Of a stretch of DNA of 64,000 nt, positions 1-12,563 are shown piece after piece. A program made the position numbers and the translations under genes. The stretch is from contig NW_027266297.1 in the NCBI RefSeq assembly GCF_022045235.1, forward strand, positions 68,200,001 to 68,264,000, in the 5' to 3' direction. This DNA comes from Haliotis cracherodii (lineage: Eukaryota). The stretch's first letter is position 1; each line of letters opens with the position of its first letter. The notes under the pieces were generated by a model. The model did not search any database and was not told the origin of the DNA. It saw only the letters and a program-made list of their open reading frames with translations.

Positions 1-950
1 CAATACCCATCTATCAGACAGGGGACCCTACACCCACCAATACCCATCTATCAGACAGGGGACCCTACACCCACCAATACCCATCTATCAGACAGGGGAC
101 CCTACACCCACCAATATCCATCTATCAGAAAGGGGACCCAACATCCACCAATACCCATCTATCAGACAGGGGACTCTACACCCACCAATACCCATCAGAC
201 AGGGGACCCTACACCCACCAATACCCATCTGACAAGGGACCCTACACCCACCAATACCCATCAGACAGGGGACCCTACACCCACCAATATCCATCTATCA
301 GAAAGGGGACCCTACACCCACCAATACCCATCTATCAGACAGGGGACCCTACACCCACCAATATCCATCTATCAGAAAGGGGACCCTACACCCACCAATA
401 CCCATCTATCAGACAGGGGACCCTACACCCACCAATACCCATCTGACAAGGGACCCTACACCCACCAATATCCATCTATCAGAAAGGGGACCCTACACCC
501 ACCAATACCCATCTATCAGACAGGGGACCCTACACCCACCAATACCCATCTGACAAGGGACCCTACACCCACCAATATCCATCTATCAGAAAGGGGACCC
601 TACACCCACCAATATCCATCTATCAGACAGGGGACCCTACACCCACCAATATCCATCTATCAGAAAGGGGACCCTACACCCACCAATACCCATCTATCAG
701 ACAGGGGACCCTACACCCACCAATACCCATTGGGCAGGGGACCCTACACCCACCAATACCCATCTATCAGACTGGGGACCCTACACCCACCGATACCCAT
801 CAGACAGGGGACCCTACACCCACCAATACCCATCTACCAGACAGGGGACCCTACACCCACCAATACCCATCAGACAGGGGACCCTACACCCACCAATACC
901 CATCTGACAGGGGACCCTACACCCACCAATACCCGTCAGATAGGGGACCC
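1..950. repeat. Minisatellite, 33-37 bp unit (CCCACCAATACCCATCTATCAGACAGGGGACCCTACA)
   Basis: Directly visible tandem units; CAATACCCAT recurs at 1 and 38. ORFs 88-294 and 730-1026 are repeat translations. Confidence 0.95.
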
Positions 951-1022
951 TCATCTTCCCAAGGCAAGGGAGTTAACTGACTTAAGTCCAGTTTCCACCC
1001 TTGCCGAACTAGGCATTGTGCA

Positions 1023-2306
1023 GTAGGTATTCTGCTACAGTTGAAGTGTATAGCTGTTATGACATGTTTGTCATGTAGGTATTCTGCTACAGTTGAAGTG
1101 TATTGCTGTTATGACATGTTTGTCATGTAGGTATTCTGCTACAGTTGAAGTGTATTGCTGTTATGTGATCATGTAGGTATTCTGCTACAGTTGAAGCATA
1201 TAGCTGTTATGTGATCATGTACGTATTCTGCTACAGTTGAAATGTATAGCTGTTATGTGATCATGTACGTATTCTGCTACAGTTGAAGTGTATAGCTGTT
1301 ATGTGATCATGTAGGTATTCTGCTATAGTTGAAGTGTATTGCTGTTATGTGATCATGTAGGTATTCTGCTACAGTTGAAGTGTATAGCTGTTATGTGATC
1401 ATGTACGTATTCTGCTACAGTTGAAGTGTATAGCTGTTATGTGATCATGTAGGTATTCTGCTACAGTTGAAGTGTATTGCTGTTATGTGATCATGTAGGT
1501 ATTCTGCTACAGTTGAAGTGTATTGCTGTTATGACATCATGTACGTATTCTGCTACAGTTGAAGTGTATTGCTGTTATGTGATCATGTACGTATTCTGCT
1601 ACAGTTGAAGTGTATTGCTGTTATGTGATCATGTACGTATTCTGCTACAGTTGAAGTGTATTGCTGTTATGTGATCATGTACGTATTCTGCTACAGTTGA
1701 AGTGTATTGCTGTTATGTGATCATGTACGTATTCTGCTACAGTTGAAGTGTATTGCTGTTATGTGATCATGTAGGTATTCTGCTACAGTTGAAGTGTATT
1801 GCTGTTATGTGATCATGTAGGTATTCTGCTACAGTTGAAGTGTATTGCTGTTATGTGATCATGTACGTATTCTGCTACAGTTGAAGTGTATTGCTGTTAT
1901 GTGATCATGTACGTATTCTGCTACAGTTGAAGTGTATTGCTGTTATGTGATCATGTACGTATTCTGCTACAGTTGAAGTGTATTGCTGTTATGTGATCAT
2001 GTAGGTATTCTGCTACAGTTGAAGTGTATTGCTGTTATGTGATCATGTACGTATTCTGCTACAGTTGAAGTGTATTGCTGTTATGACATCATGTAGGTAT
2101 TCTGCTACAGTTTGAAGTGTATAGCTGTTATATGATCATGTAGGTATTCTGTTACAGTTGAAGTGTATAGCTGTTATGTGATCATGTAGGTATTCTGTTA
2201 CAGTTGAAGTGTATTGCTGTTATGACATCATGTAGGTATTCTGTTAAGTTAAAGTGTATTGCTGTTATGACATGTCATCATGTAGGTATTCTGTTAAGTT
2301 GAAGTG
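1023..2306. repeat. Minisatellite, ~46 bp unit (TCATGTAGGTATTCTGCTACAGTTGAAGTGTATTGCTGTTATGTGA), ~27 copies
   Basis: Directly visible tandem array. Confidence 0.95.
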
Positions 2307-2341
2307 ACTTGCTCCTGACAAAGTATGTGTCGGTGTTGCAG

Positions 2342-5300
2342 GCTGGCGGAGACTGGAAGCCATGGAGTATATGGACATGATGATGTTTATATGCAAATTA
2401 GACACTACTCATGACAAGATGGTGATGCGCCCTTCTACGGACAGTTTTACGGTTTTCTTCACCAAACATTGTGGAGGCTGGGCCCAACTGAAATTAATGT
2501 ATGGATTAATGACACAGGAGAGTAGTGCGGTAAGAACACTTTGCTGTATCGTATGAGTCTGTCTTTTGTTGGGGCGGTTGGGTCACCTCGTGGTTTGTGC
2601 ATTCACTCTTCACGCCGAGTGTTGCTGGAACATTGCTACAAGCCGCGTAAAACGATACTCACTCACCAACTCACTCACTCTTTAGTATGATACTGTTGTT
2701 CAGTGACAACGTAAAAACCATTCCCACAACTAATGCTTACAAACAACAAATATTAGTGTAAGCCAATGATACCTAGGTACTGGGTTGTAAGCCAATGATA
2801 CCTAGGTACTGGGTTGTAGGCCCACAATGCCTAGGTACTGGGTTGTAGGCCCACAATGCCTAGGTACTGGGTTGTAGGCCAATGATACCTAGGTACTGGG
2901 TTGTAGGCCCACAATACCTAGGTACTGGGTTGTAGACTCACTATACCTAGGTACTGGGTTGTAGGCTCACTATACCTAGGTACTGGGTTGTAGGCCAATG
3001 ATACCTAGGTACTGGGTTGTAGGCTCACAATACCTAGGTACTGGATTGTAGGCCCACAATACCTAGGTACTGGGTTGTAGGCCCACAATACCTAGGTACT
3101 GGGTTGTAGGCTCACTATACCTAGGTACTGGGTTGTAGGCCAATGATACCTAGGTACTGGGTTGTAGGCTCACAATACCTAGGTACTGGGTTGTAGACTC
3201 ACTATACCTAGGTACTGGGTTGTAGGCCAATGATACCTAGGTACTGGGTTGTAGGCTCACAATACCTAGGTACTGGATTGTAGGCCCACAATACCTAGGT
3301 ACTGGGTTGTAGGCCCACAATACCTAGGTACTGGGTTGTAGGCTCACTATACCTAGGTACTGGGTTGTAGACCAATGATACCTAGGTACTGGGTTGTAGG
3401 CTCACAATACCTAGGTACTGGGTTGTAGATTCACTATACCTAGGTACTGGGTTGTAGACTCACTATACCTAGGTACTGGGTTGTAGGCCAATGATACCTA
3501 GGTACTGGGTTGTAGACTCACTATACCTAGGTACGGGGTTTTAGACTCACTATACCTAGGTACTGGGTTGTAGGCCCACTATACCTAGGTACTGGGTTGT
3601 AGGCCCACTATACCTAGGTACAGGGTTGTAGGCTCACTATACCTAGGTACTGGGTTGTAGGCCCACAATACCTAGGTACTGGGTTGTAGGCCAATGATAC
3701 CTAGGTACAGGGTTGTAGGCTCACAATACCTAGGTACTGGGTTGTAGGCCCACAATACCTAGGTACTGGGTTGTAGGCTCACTATACCTAGGTACTGGGT
3801 TGTAGGCCAATGATACCTAGGTACTGGGTTGTAGGCTCACAATACCTAGGTACTGGGTTGTAGACTCACTTTACCTAGGTACTGGGTTGTAGACTCACTA
3901 TACCTAGGTACTGGGTTGTAGGCCCATGATACCTAGGTACTGGGTTGTAGGCTCACTATACATAGGTACTGGGTTGTAGGCCAATGATACCTAGGTACTG
4001 GGTTGTAGGCTCACAATACCTAGGTACTGGGTTGTAGACTCACTATACCTAGGTACTGGGTTGTAGGCCCACAATACCTAGGTACTGGGTTGTAGGCCAA
4101 TGATACCTAGGTACTGGGTTGTAGGCTCACAATACCTAGGTACTGGGTTGTAGGCCCACAATACCTAGGTACAGGGTTGTAGGCTCACTATACCTAGGAA
4201 CAGGGTTGTAGGCCCACAATACCTAGGTACTCGGTTGTAGACTCACTATACCTAGGTACTGGGTTGTAGACTCACTTTACCTAGGTACTGGGAATGATAC
4301 TTAGGTACTGGGTTGTAGGCCAATGATACCTAGGTACTGGGTTGTAGGCTCACTATACCTAGGTACTGGGTTGTAAGCCAATGATACCTAGGTACTGGGT
4401 TGTAGGCCAATGATACCTAGGTACTGGGTTGTAGGCTCACAATACCTAGGTACTGGGTTGTAGGCCCACAATACCTAGGTACTGGGTTGTAGGCTCACAA
4501 TACCTAGGTACTGGGTTGTAGGCATTGGATATCCAGGCGATGGGGTAGATCTGGGAATCCAACTTGCATACAACAGATCCTGCACCCATCATAGTGTATT
4601 CTCCTGCCATGTTTTATTGTATGATAATTATCCTTTGTTTTTTATTTACAAGATAGCAAAATAATTAAACATTTCCTGAACTGATGTTGGCTGCTTTGTT
4701 TGTTTGTTTGTTAATTACCATGGCTTTGTGAGCACCATCCCACTCTGTCAGAGTACAAAGTCATAAAAGTCTATCTTTTAACAACCTCTCAAAATAAACA
4801 TGGGAATCCCAACAGGGATGTCAGCAATATGTAAAGATTAAACACTTGATGGACATACATAGTTTAAAAAACACACTGGACAGTTATTGAGTTACACTAC
4901 AGAAACTAACACTACCTTTATTTCAACTAAAGTCTGGCAGCAAATTTTAAGCCAATTTACATATTTAGTTTTATAAAAACTCCTTGTAGATTCTCAAGTA
5001 ATTGTTTGCCTTATTTCAACTGAATCAAGACGTGATTTGTCTCTTCTTTTTTGTTGCGATTTTCCAATATTCATAATCTCTGAATGTGGGCAGGTAACTT
5101 TGAAATAGGCAGGCAACAGTTATGGGTCACCTGCACGACTGTCTTGCTGTGTTTTAAAATTATATCAAGCACTGCTTGTAAATGCAAGATTTAAAAAAAA
5201 ATGAAATAATCCTGATTAAAAAAAAGTCGCTAGTTCAGCACTATATGTGTATACAAAGTTTCAACTTAGAAAAATAAACCATTTGTAAGTGAACGTCCAA

Positions 5301-5733
5301 CTTGTTAAAGAAAAATATTAATGTTAAATTAAAACATTCCCATATAGCAGATTTAATCAGGCTTAGAAATGAAAGAGAAATGGCTTTATATCTGTATGGA
5401 TGTTTCACAACTTAACTCCCCCACCCCCACCAACCCCCTCCCTTAAAATTCAATTCAAATTATTTACAAAAAATTATATGTCCTTTCTTAAAGTCACATG
5501 GGTTGAGGGTGGGGAATGGATGATGCAAGTCCTCTAATGAGTTCAGGAAAGTGTGCCGTGGTGTTCCAGCTGAAGGCTCCCCAGTTGGTAGTACACCAGG
5601 ATCTGACAGCAATAAAGGTCAAGTTCAACATCGACGAGAACCCATCACTCTCCGAGAAAGAGAAGATGGTTGGACGTCTGCTCAACATTGATGGGGAGTT
5701 GTACAAGGTTGAATCTGGAGAAGTTGACATTCG
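2342..5733 (+). CDS. Two internal exons (2342-2529, 5570-5733) of a DAGK/ceramide-kinase/sphingosine-kinase-like protein, C-terminal region; partial
   Basis: Splice sites TTGCAG|...GCG|GTAAG and TTCCAG|CTG...ATTCG|GTCAGT join in phase 0, giving ...LMTQESSA-LKAPQLVVHQDLTAIKVKF...RLLNIDGELYKVESGEVDIR. The NIDGE motif resembles the C-terminal (W)NxDGE motif of this kinase family. Upstream exons lie outside the window; no terminal exon found. Confidence 0.55.
2757..4523. repeat. Minisatellite, 29 bp unit (constant TACCTAGGTACTGGGTTGTAG plus 8-nt variant), ~60 copies, intronic
   Basis: Directly visible; each unit contains the palindrome TACCTAGGTA. Confidence 0.95.
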
Positions 5734-7068
5734 GTCAGTATAGCAGTCCCAGATGAATTCTGCTGTAAAATTATCAACATTCTGCAGTAAAAACATAACC
5801 ATTACCCCCCCCCAAAAAATTAATAAAAATTCAATTTTTGAAAATTCAAATCCAAATCCGAAACAAACTAATTAATTCGACAAACTGTCAGGATAAACAG
5901 TTATCATGGGATGTGAGATAACATTGAGCAAATATGCACAGTGCAGTCTCAGAGAAATTCTACGGTAGAATTATCAACTTTCTGTGGCAAAATTATTCCC
6001 ATTTCACCCTCGAAAATTAAGACAAACTCATTTTTCGAAAAACTATGATCCAAGTCTGAAACGAACCAATTCATTCCACAAACTGTCAGTTATCATTGGA
6101 TAAGACGTAAAACTAAGTGTATATGCATTGTGATATTTATTTATGGTTAGATGTAAACACAGTTTATGTAATCATAATACTGCAGGGACGTTTATTGTGG
6201 GAAATATTTATTTCAAATTTCATTTCTTTGCAGGATTCATATTTTCTATATATGAATCACATGTATCATTCAAGTGCAAATTTCAACAGAAAAGCTTGAA
6301 AATAATGAAAATTAGTGTTTGGATTGATTGAAAAAAGAATTTTTGCAGCAAGATGACATTTTCTGTAAATCTTTCCACCATTGCAGGATGTCAGAATTTG
6401 TCTGGGACTAGTAGGGCATCACATAAGTGTCATCAGGAGTGGTTCTTGTCTCATCTTTTCTTGTAAGGTCACAAAATCGCAGATCACAAATATTGAACTT
6501 GTAATTTTACACAAACATTTGTTTTTTGATAATCCATCTTCATTTGTAAATATCTTCCCATTTAAAACAACTGATTTCATTATGTGTTCTTGGCAGCCAT
6601 ACTGAAAACTCTTACTTTCCCACATATAAGCCATTTTTGTAGATGGCAAAGTGAAACTGAATTGTTTGATAGGCATTACTTGGAAGTTGATGTATGACAA
6701 CGTAGACACAATATATGGATAACAACTTCTTTTTGACTGCAAAGGCAACATTTCTGTATAGATCCTAATACCATTATCGTTGTTAGACAATGGTATAAGG
6801 ACATACACTGAAACGTAAATTGTGTCTACTTTGAAAGTGGAACTGGTCTGTCAACATGTATGTTCCATGATGCAGGTGAGCTTCAGTGCCTTGGCATTAT
6901 GAACCTGCTTTACTTTTTCAGTTTGATACCGAGGTATGTGCCGTTGTATTCGACCGATGTTGATGTATACACAGCATTGCCAGAAGAGAGTCACTGAGAG
7001 CAGCCACAGACCTAGAGAGTGCTTAGGGGGCACAGGAATCTGATGCCGAACATGTTCAAAGCATAATG

Positions 7069-7242
7069 GGGGGCGGTCGGGTAGCCTAGTGGTTAAAGCG
7101 TTCGCTCGTCACGCCGAAGACCCGGGTTCGATTCCCGACATGGGTACAATGTGTGAAGCCCATTTCTGGTGTCCCCCGCTGTGATATTGCTGGAATATTG
7201 CTGGAATATTGCTAAAAGCGGTGTAAAATCATACTCAGTCAG
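7069..7242 (+). mobile_element. tRNA-derived SINE family A (further copies ~7770-7925 on -, 39925-40089, 45130-45297, 53944-54106; partial ~2572-2680)
   Basis: A box (TAGCCTAGTGG), B box (GGTTCGATTCC), (ACTC)n-type tail and TSD TCAAAGCATAATG at 7056-7068/7243-7255. Confidence 0.9.
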
Positions 7243-7989
7243 TCAAAGCATAATGTAGTTACAACTGATTTACAAGGCCAAATGTTTAGCGTTTGTTTGT
7301 TGTTTAATGCCGCACTCAGCAATATTCCAGCTATATGACGGCAGTCTGTAAATAATTGGAATCTGGGGCAGACAATCAAGTGATTGATATCATGAGCATC
7401 AATCCATGCAATTGGGATACAATGACTAGCATCAACCAAATCAGCAATCTGACCACCCAATCCCTTTATTTGCCTCTTACAACAAGCAGTCACCTCTTGA
7501 GGCAAGCATGGTTTGCTAAAGACCTACTCTAACCAGGACCTTCACAAGTGAAATGTTTCAGGTGTGATATCATAAATCTATGTTTTGACATATGGTTAGA
7601 CATTGCTGCTGTAACCATATAACTGCTCCCTGTAAATGATTTTGATTTTGACTTGTTGCTGTCTGTGTAGTGATACACAGTATCTAAATATATTTAGGGA
7701 GCAGTTGTATGGTTTCTGGGTTTAGGCAGTGTCACCCTTTCACCATTTTGATGTGAAAATATCAGCTGATAGAGTGAGTGAGTGAATTTGTTTTTATGCC
7801 CCTTTTAGCAATATTCTAGCTTTATAATGGCAAGGAACACCAGAAATGGCCTTCACACATGTGGGGAATCGAACCCGGATCTTCGGCGTGATGAGCGAAC
7901 GCTTCAACCACTAGGCTACCACACCCTGATAGTTTGAAAAATGGATAGGTCTATATAGATGCCTTGTTCTTTACAAGTATGTTCTACAT

Positions 7990-8499
7990 CAATCTCCTTA
8001 AAATCAGATCTTAGTTCTTGCTCCCGCTAAACAAAGATCTGAGAACACCCCATTACGGGTCACGTCAGACCAACCTTTCATAAACTTTGACCAACCAGTG
8101 GAAGGACTGACTAGAAGTCGACATTAGCCAATCAGAAGGTAGCTTTCTCATGTTTTACGGCACTAATTTCAAATTGGCGACTGCGCTTCGAAACATATCT
8201 TGACACATTCTGGATTAAAAATTTCAAACCTGAATTAAAGAACATTCTGGAATGGCTAATAGATGGTGAAGATTGTATGGATTTAGTTGTTAAACCCGTA
8301 ACTATCGTTCAGAATACCCCGTGTTCAAGTTATCGAGGTTGCATGTTTAGAAATCACATTCCGACTGTCACTTTCATGATCTGGTAAACGATGCTCTGAT
8401 TGGTTGGATGAAAGGTCGTTCTGACGTGACCCCTAATGGGATGTCCTCAGATCTTTGTTGAGTGGTAGCGAGAACTAAGATCTGATTTTAATTAGATTG
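7990..8499. mobile_element. MITE with ~90-bp TIRs, possibly a non-autonomous Academ derivative
   Basis: CAATCT..AAAATCAGATCTTAGTTCT..CAAAGATCTGAG..GGGTCACGTCAGA is mirrored at 8410-8499. Related fragments lie near 28390-28625 and 35620-35785. Confidence 0.75.
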
Positions 8500-10753
8500 G
8501 TTGTAATGGTAGATTGTAAAATAATTTTGACGCTGAAACTTTTGACTTCCTGTTGTGATGTACAGTTTAGTGAGCAGCAAATGTTTTATCATTTAGTGGG
8601 GTTGTTCTAATGAGGGTAGGGTTCATTTCATGAGCAGAATTCCTAAACCGTTTCATATATCGTGAAACTTGTATTTGATGTTTCTGCAATATTGCATAAA
8701 TTCTCTGCGAAACCTTTCCGCGATTGTGGAATCGCAGAATTGTTCTGGGACTTGTAGGGCATCACATTAATATAATATCATCAGGAGTGGTTCTTGTCTC
8801 ATTTTTCTTGTAAGGTCACAATATCGCAGATCACAAATATTGAATTTCTAATTTTACACAAAAACTTTTTTTGATAATCCATCTACATTTGTAAATATCT
8901 TCCCATTTAAAACAACTGAGTTCATGTGTTCTTAGCAGCCATATTGAAAAATTCTATTTTCCCACACATTAGCCAATTGTGTAGATGGCAAAGTGGCTTC
9001 ACCTGATATCCTTAGTCTTTATTCCTGTTGCCTGAATATAGTTGGGATAATTATGTTTCTGCCAAGTAATTAAATAAAGTCATTATGGATGATGTGCCTT
9101 AATAGGGAATACAGTATGTCAAAAATGTGTGCTTTCCGGATGTAAAAATATTTTCGTGATTTTGAAGCATCTATAAATATTTACACAAGCTCTTGATCTG
9201 AAAGAAACAGTATCTGATTAACACAATGTCACAATTAATCCTACTTCTTGTCATCAGCGTTTAATATATATGTCAATTCAGTTTTATTGATTATATAATG
9301 TCTCTGTGCAATATCGTATGTGGTGGTCCTCGTATCTTCATGTTAGTTTTTACATACGTCTGTGAAACTGTTCACAAATGCAGCGAAACCTTGTGGACTC
9401 CGTTCACAATATTTATTGTTAACAAGAGTGCTCTGACAGCACAACATCCCCCACATGAATTTTTTAAACAAGTTTATATTTTCTTTTTATTTTATGAAAT
9501 AACAACAGTAGATGGCACTGCATTTGAAACAAATCGTGCAGAACATTTTGTTGGGAGTAATCCAGTCTGAATGCTAACGCCATAAGGATGTAGCTCACCT
9601 ACAAAAGCCTTATACAAGGAAACTAACTGTAGTTATAGTTATAGTTAGATATTGTGATATTCTCTGGAAACTGGAGGAGGAGTAGATTTCATGAAGCTCC
9701 GTAAAACAGGGGCAGTAACTCTGTCAAAATAAGTCGAAATGAAACGGGACTGTGATATGTGTATCATCAACATGTCGATATCTTGTGTGTAGAGTTTCAG
9801 GGATATTCTCAGGAAACTGTAGGAGTTGATTTCACAAGCGTAGTACCCTCTGTGGGACTGACGGACTGACGGACGGACTGCGCCAAGACATAATCCCCCT
9901 TCGGCCATTCTGGCCCGGCGGGGGATAAAAACCATGTATCTTGTTAGTCACATGGCTTTAGTATTGACACACTGTGCTGGCGCCAAATAATTGATACTTT
10001 TATACATTCTTTATGGTCTTTGAGTTAATGAGAGAATGTAGCCTAGAATTTTGTTCCATGGCCTAAGCATCCATATAGTCTTCAGAAAGTGATGCCATCA
10101 CATATAGACACATGTATGCATGTGCACAACATAGACTTTACCGGGTCACTTTACAAATGAGTTAATGGATTAGGCAGCATGACGCAGTTAGTTTCGTTTC
10201 CTCTTTGCTCGTCCACATGATTAACCATCCGATGTACAATTCATATTTTAGCCTTGCTGTCGCTGTGCAGGGTACTTGTAATATATGCTAATCAAATTTT
10301 GATAGGGATGCTGAGCAAATTCATACAATGTTGTATTTATGTGTGAGTAATCAGTTTCGTATGTCATTGACTCAGAATATTCCTTTCGAAAGTATATATA
10401 TATATATATATATATATTGAGTAGCATACTGTTGTTTGTTACTGATTTTATCATTGTTTTCATATGTGGCATATATACATGTGTTTTTGTATGTCGCATA
10501 CCTACATTATAAGTTGTTGTATGGTGTAGGTAGTATCGTTTCCTCTTTTCTCATCCACATAATTAACCATGATATACAATTCATATTTTAGCCTTGTAGT
10601 CGCAATGCAGAGTACTTATAATATATGCTAATCAACTGTGGATAGGGATACTGTGAAACTTCATACAGTATTGTATTTTTGTGTGGGTAATCAGTTTTGA
10701 ATATCAGAGAGAGAGAGAGATTATTGTTTGTTACTGATTTTATCATTTGTTTG

Positions 10754-11405
10754 CCTGTGTGTTTTGTATGTCACATACCTGTGTGTTTTGTATGTCACAT
10801 ACCTGTGTGTTTTGTATGTCACATACCTGTGTGTTTTGTATGTCACATACCTGTGTGTGTTTTGTATGTCACATACCTGTGTGTGTTTTGTACGTCACAT
10901 ACCTGTGTGTTTTGTATGTCACATACCTGTGTGTTTTGTATGTCACATACCTGTGTGTTTTGTACGTCACATACCTGTGTGTTTTGTATGTCACATACTT
11001 GTGTTTTGTATGTCACATACCTGTGTGTTTTGTATGTCACATACCTGTGTTTTGTATGTCACATACTTGTGTTTTGTATGTCACATACCTGTGTGTGTTT
11101 TGTATGTCACATACCTGTGTGTGTTTTGTATGTCACATACCTGTGTTTTGTATGTCACATACCTGTGTGTTTTGTATGTCACATACCTGTGTGTTTTGTA
11201 TGTCACATACCTGTGTGTGTTTTGTATGTCACATACCTGTGTGTTTTGTATGTCACATACCTGTGTGTGTTTTGTATGTCACATACCTGTGTGTGTTTTG
11301 TATGTCACATACCTGTGTGTGTGTTTTGTATGTCACATACCTGTGTGTGTTTTGTATGTCACATACCTGTGTGTGTTTCGTATGTCACATACCTGTGTGT
11401 GTTTT
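10754..11405. repeat. Minisatellite, 22-30 bp unit (ACCTGTGTGTTTTGTATGTCACAT)
   Basis: Directly visible; the three overlapping long ORFs at 10697-11472 are repeat artefacts. Confidence 0.95.
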
Positions 11406-12068
11406 TGCACATAGTGGCCCCAAGGCCAGCATGTCCTGTGTCTTTAATGTAAAAGTCGAAGCTTATTTCTAACCTTTTCATTTTATATTGTATTTTCATA
11501 AAATGATTAATTATAAATTTTTATATGATTGAAAATGCTTCTTCAATGGTATTTTTTAATAAGATATTCCATGGACAGCACAACAGACCAAGGCGGTGAG
11601 ACTATATTTACGAGGGCTGACACCACACAAGTCTCAATTGGATGCACCCCAGTCTCAATAGCATATGCCTTTTATACACCAGAGTGTCAATGCTATGCAC
11701 CCGAGTGTCAGTGCTATGCACAATGTGTCAATATCATAGAGTTGGTTGGTTGGTTTGTTGTTTAACGCCGCACTCAGCAATATTCCAGCTACATGACGGT
11801 GGTCTGTACTACTGTACTAATTGGGATCGATGACATGTTTCAGCCAAGTCAGCGAGCCTGACCACCCAATCCCGTTGATCGTGACTTACGACAAGCATAA
11901 TACAATATTATAGAGAGATAGACACATAATGGGTGAAAATACAAAAGTAACAAAAAGAATAGCCCAAAATGGTGTCTTCCTGAGCAGTCAAGCTAGGGTG
12001 GTAGCGTTTCTACACAGTGTGGCAAATAAACATGTGCAGTGTATGAGAACGAATGTGACATGCGATAC

Positions 12069-12397
12069 CATGGGTACAAAAAATATATAAAGATATCTTG
12101 AATTCATTTCTGATATCAAAAATACAATTACTGATATCTTAAAGTGTTACTGTGATATCAACAAAATATTTTGTGATATCTCTATATGTATTTAAGATAT
12201 CATTAAACAATTACCATCCTACTGTACATAATCATATTAGAAATAAATTCAAGATATCTAAAAATAAGTTATACATATCCACAAATACAGATATCTTATA
12301 TTGAATTAAAGATATCAAAAACAAATTAATGATATCTGTGTTTGTGGATATGTATATCTTATTTTTAGATATCTTGAATTCAATTAAGATATCATTA
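12069..12397. repeat. GATATC array with ~21-bp period (left block), containing a 50-bp inverted repeat
   Basis: GATATC separated by 14-15-nt AT-rich, mostly unique spacers; inverted arms at 12246-12295 and 12331-12380. Confidence 0.85.
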
Positions 12398-12563
12398 ATG
12401 GCAAACATTCCTGGAGTTGCGCCCCCTTGCCCGCTTGGCGGCGCTGCGGTAGTTACGGTCCCACATTCATCGTTGTATCCGCGGGAATATATAAACTTCA
12501 GTCGACATTGACCCACTTGCGTTTCTGTAAACAGCCGGTAGTACTTGAAGGCCTATTTCTATC

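Noticed and set aside
2757-4523. CRISPR-like repeat/spacer array
   Set aside because: Variable parts are only 8 nt and reused; eukaryotic intron; no cas genes.
7069-7140. Functional tRNA gene
   Set aside because: tRNA-like head followed by a SINE body, tail and TSD; multiple dispersed copies.
6390-8995. Direct duplication (~6390-6655 vs ~8735-8995; also ~10195-10445 vs ~10537-10745) as LTRs
   Set aside because: No TG...CA ends, primer-binding site or retroviral ORF; diverged local or dispersed repeats.
10697-11472. Three long Cys/Val-rich ORFs
   Set aside because: Translations of a minisatellite that is open in all three forward frames.
12069-12397. GATATC array as a CRISPR/guide array
   Set aside because: The repeat is only 6 bp and the spacers are 15-nt AT-rich, loosely related sequences; better explained as phased binding sites.
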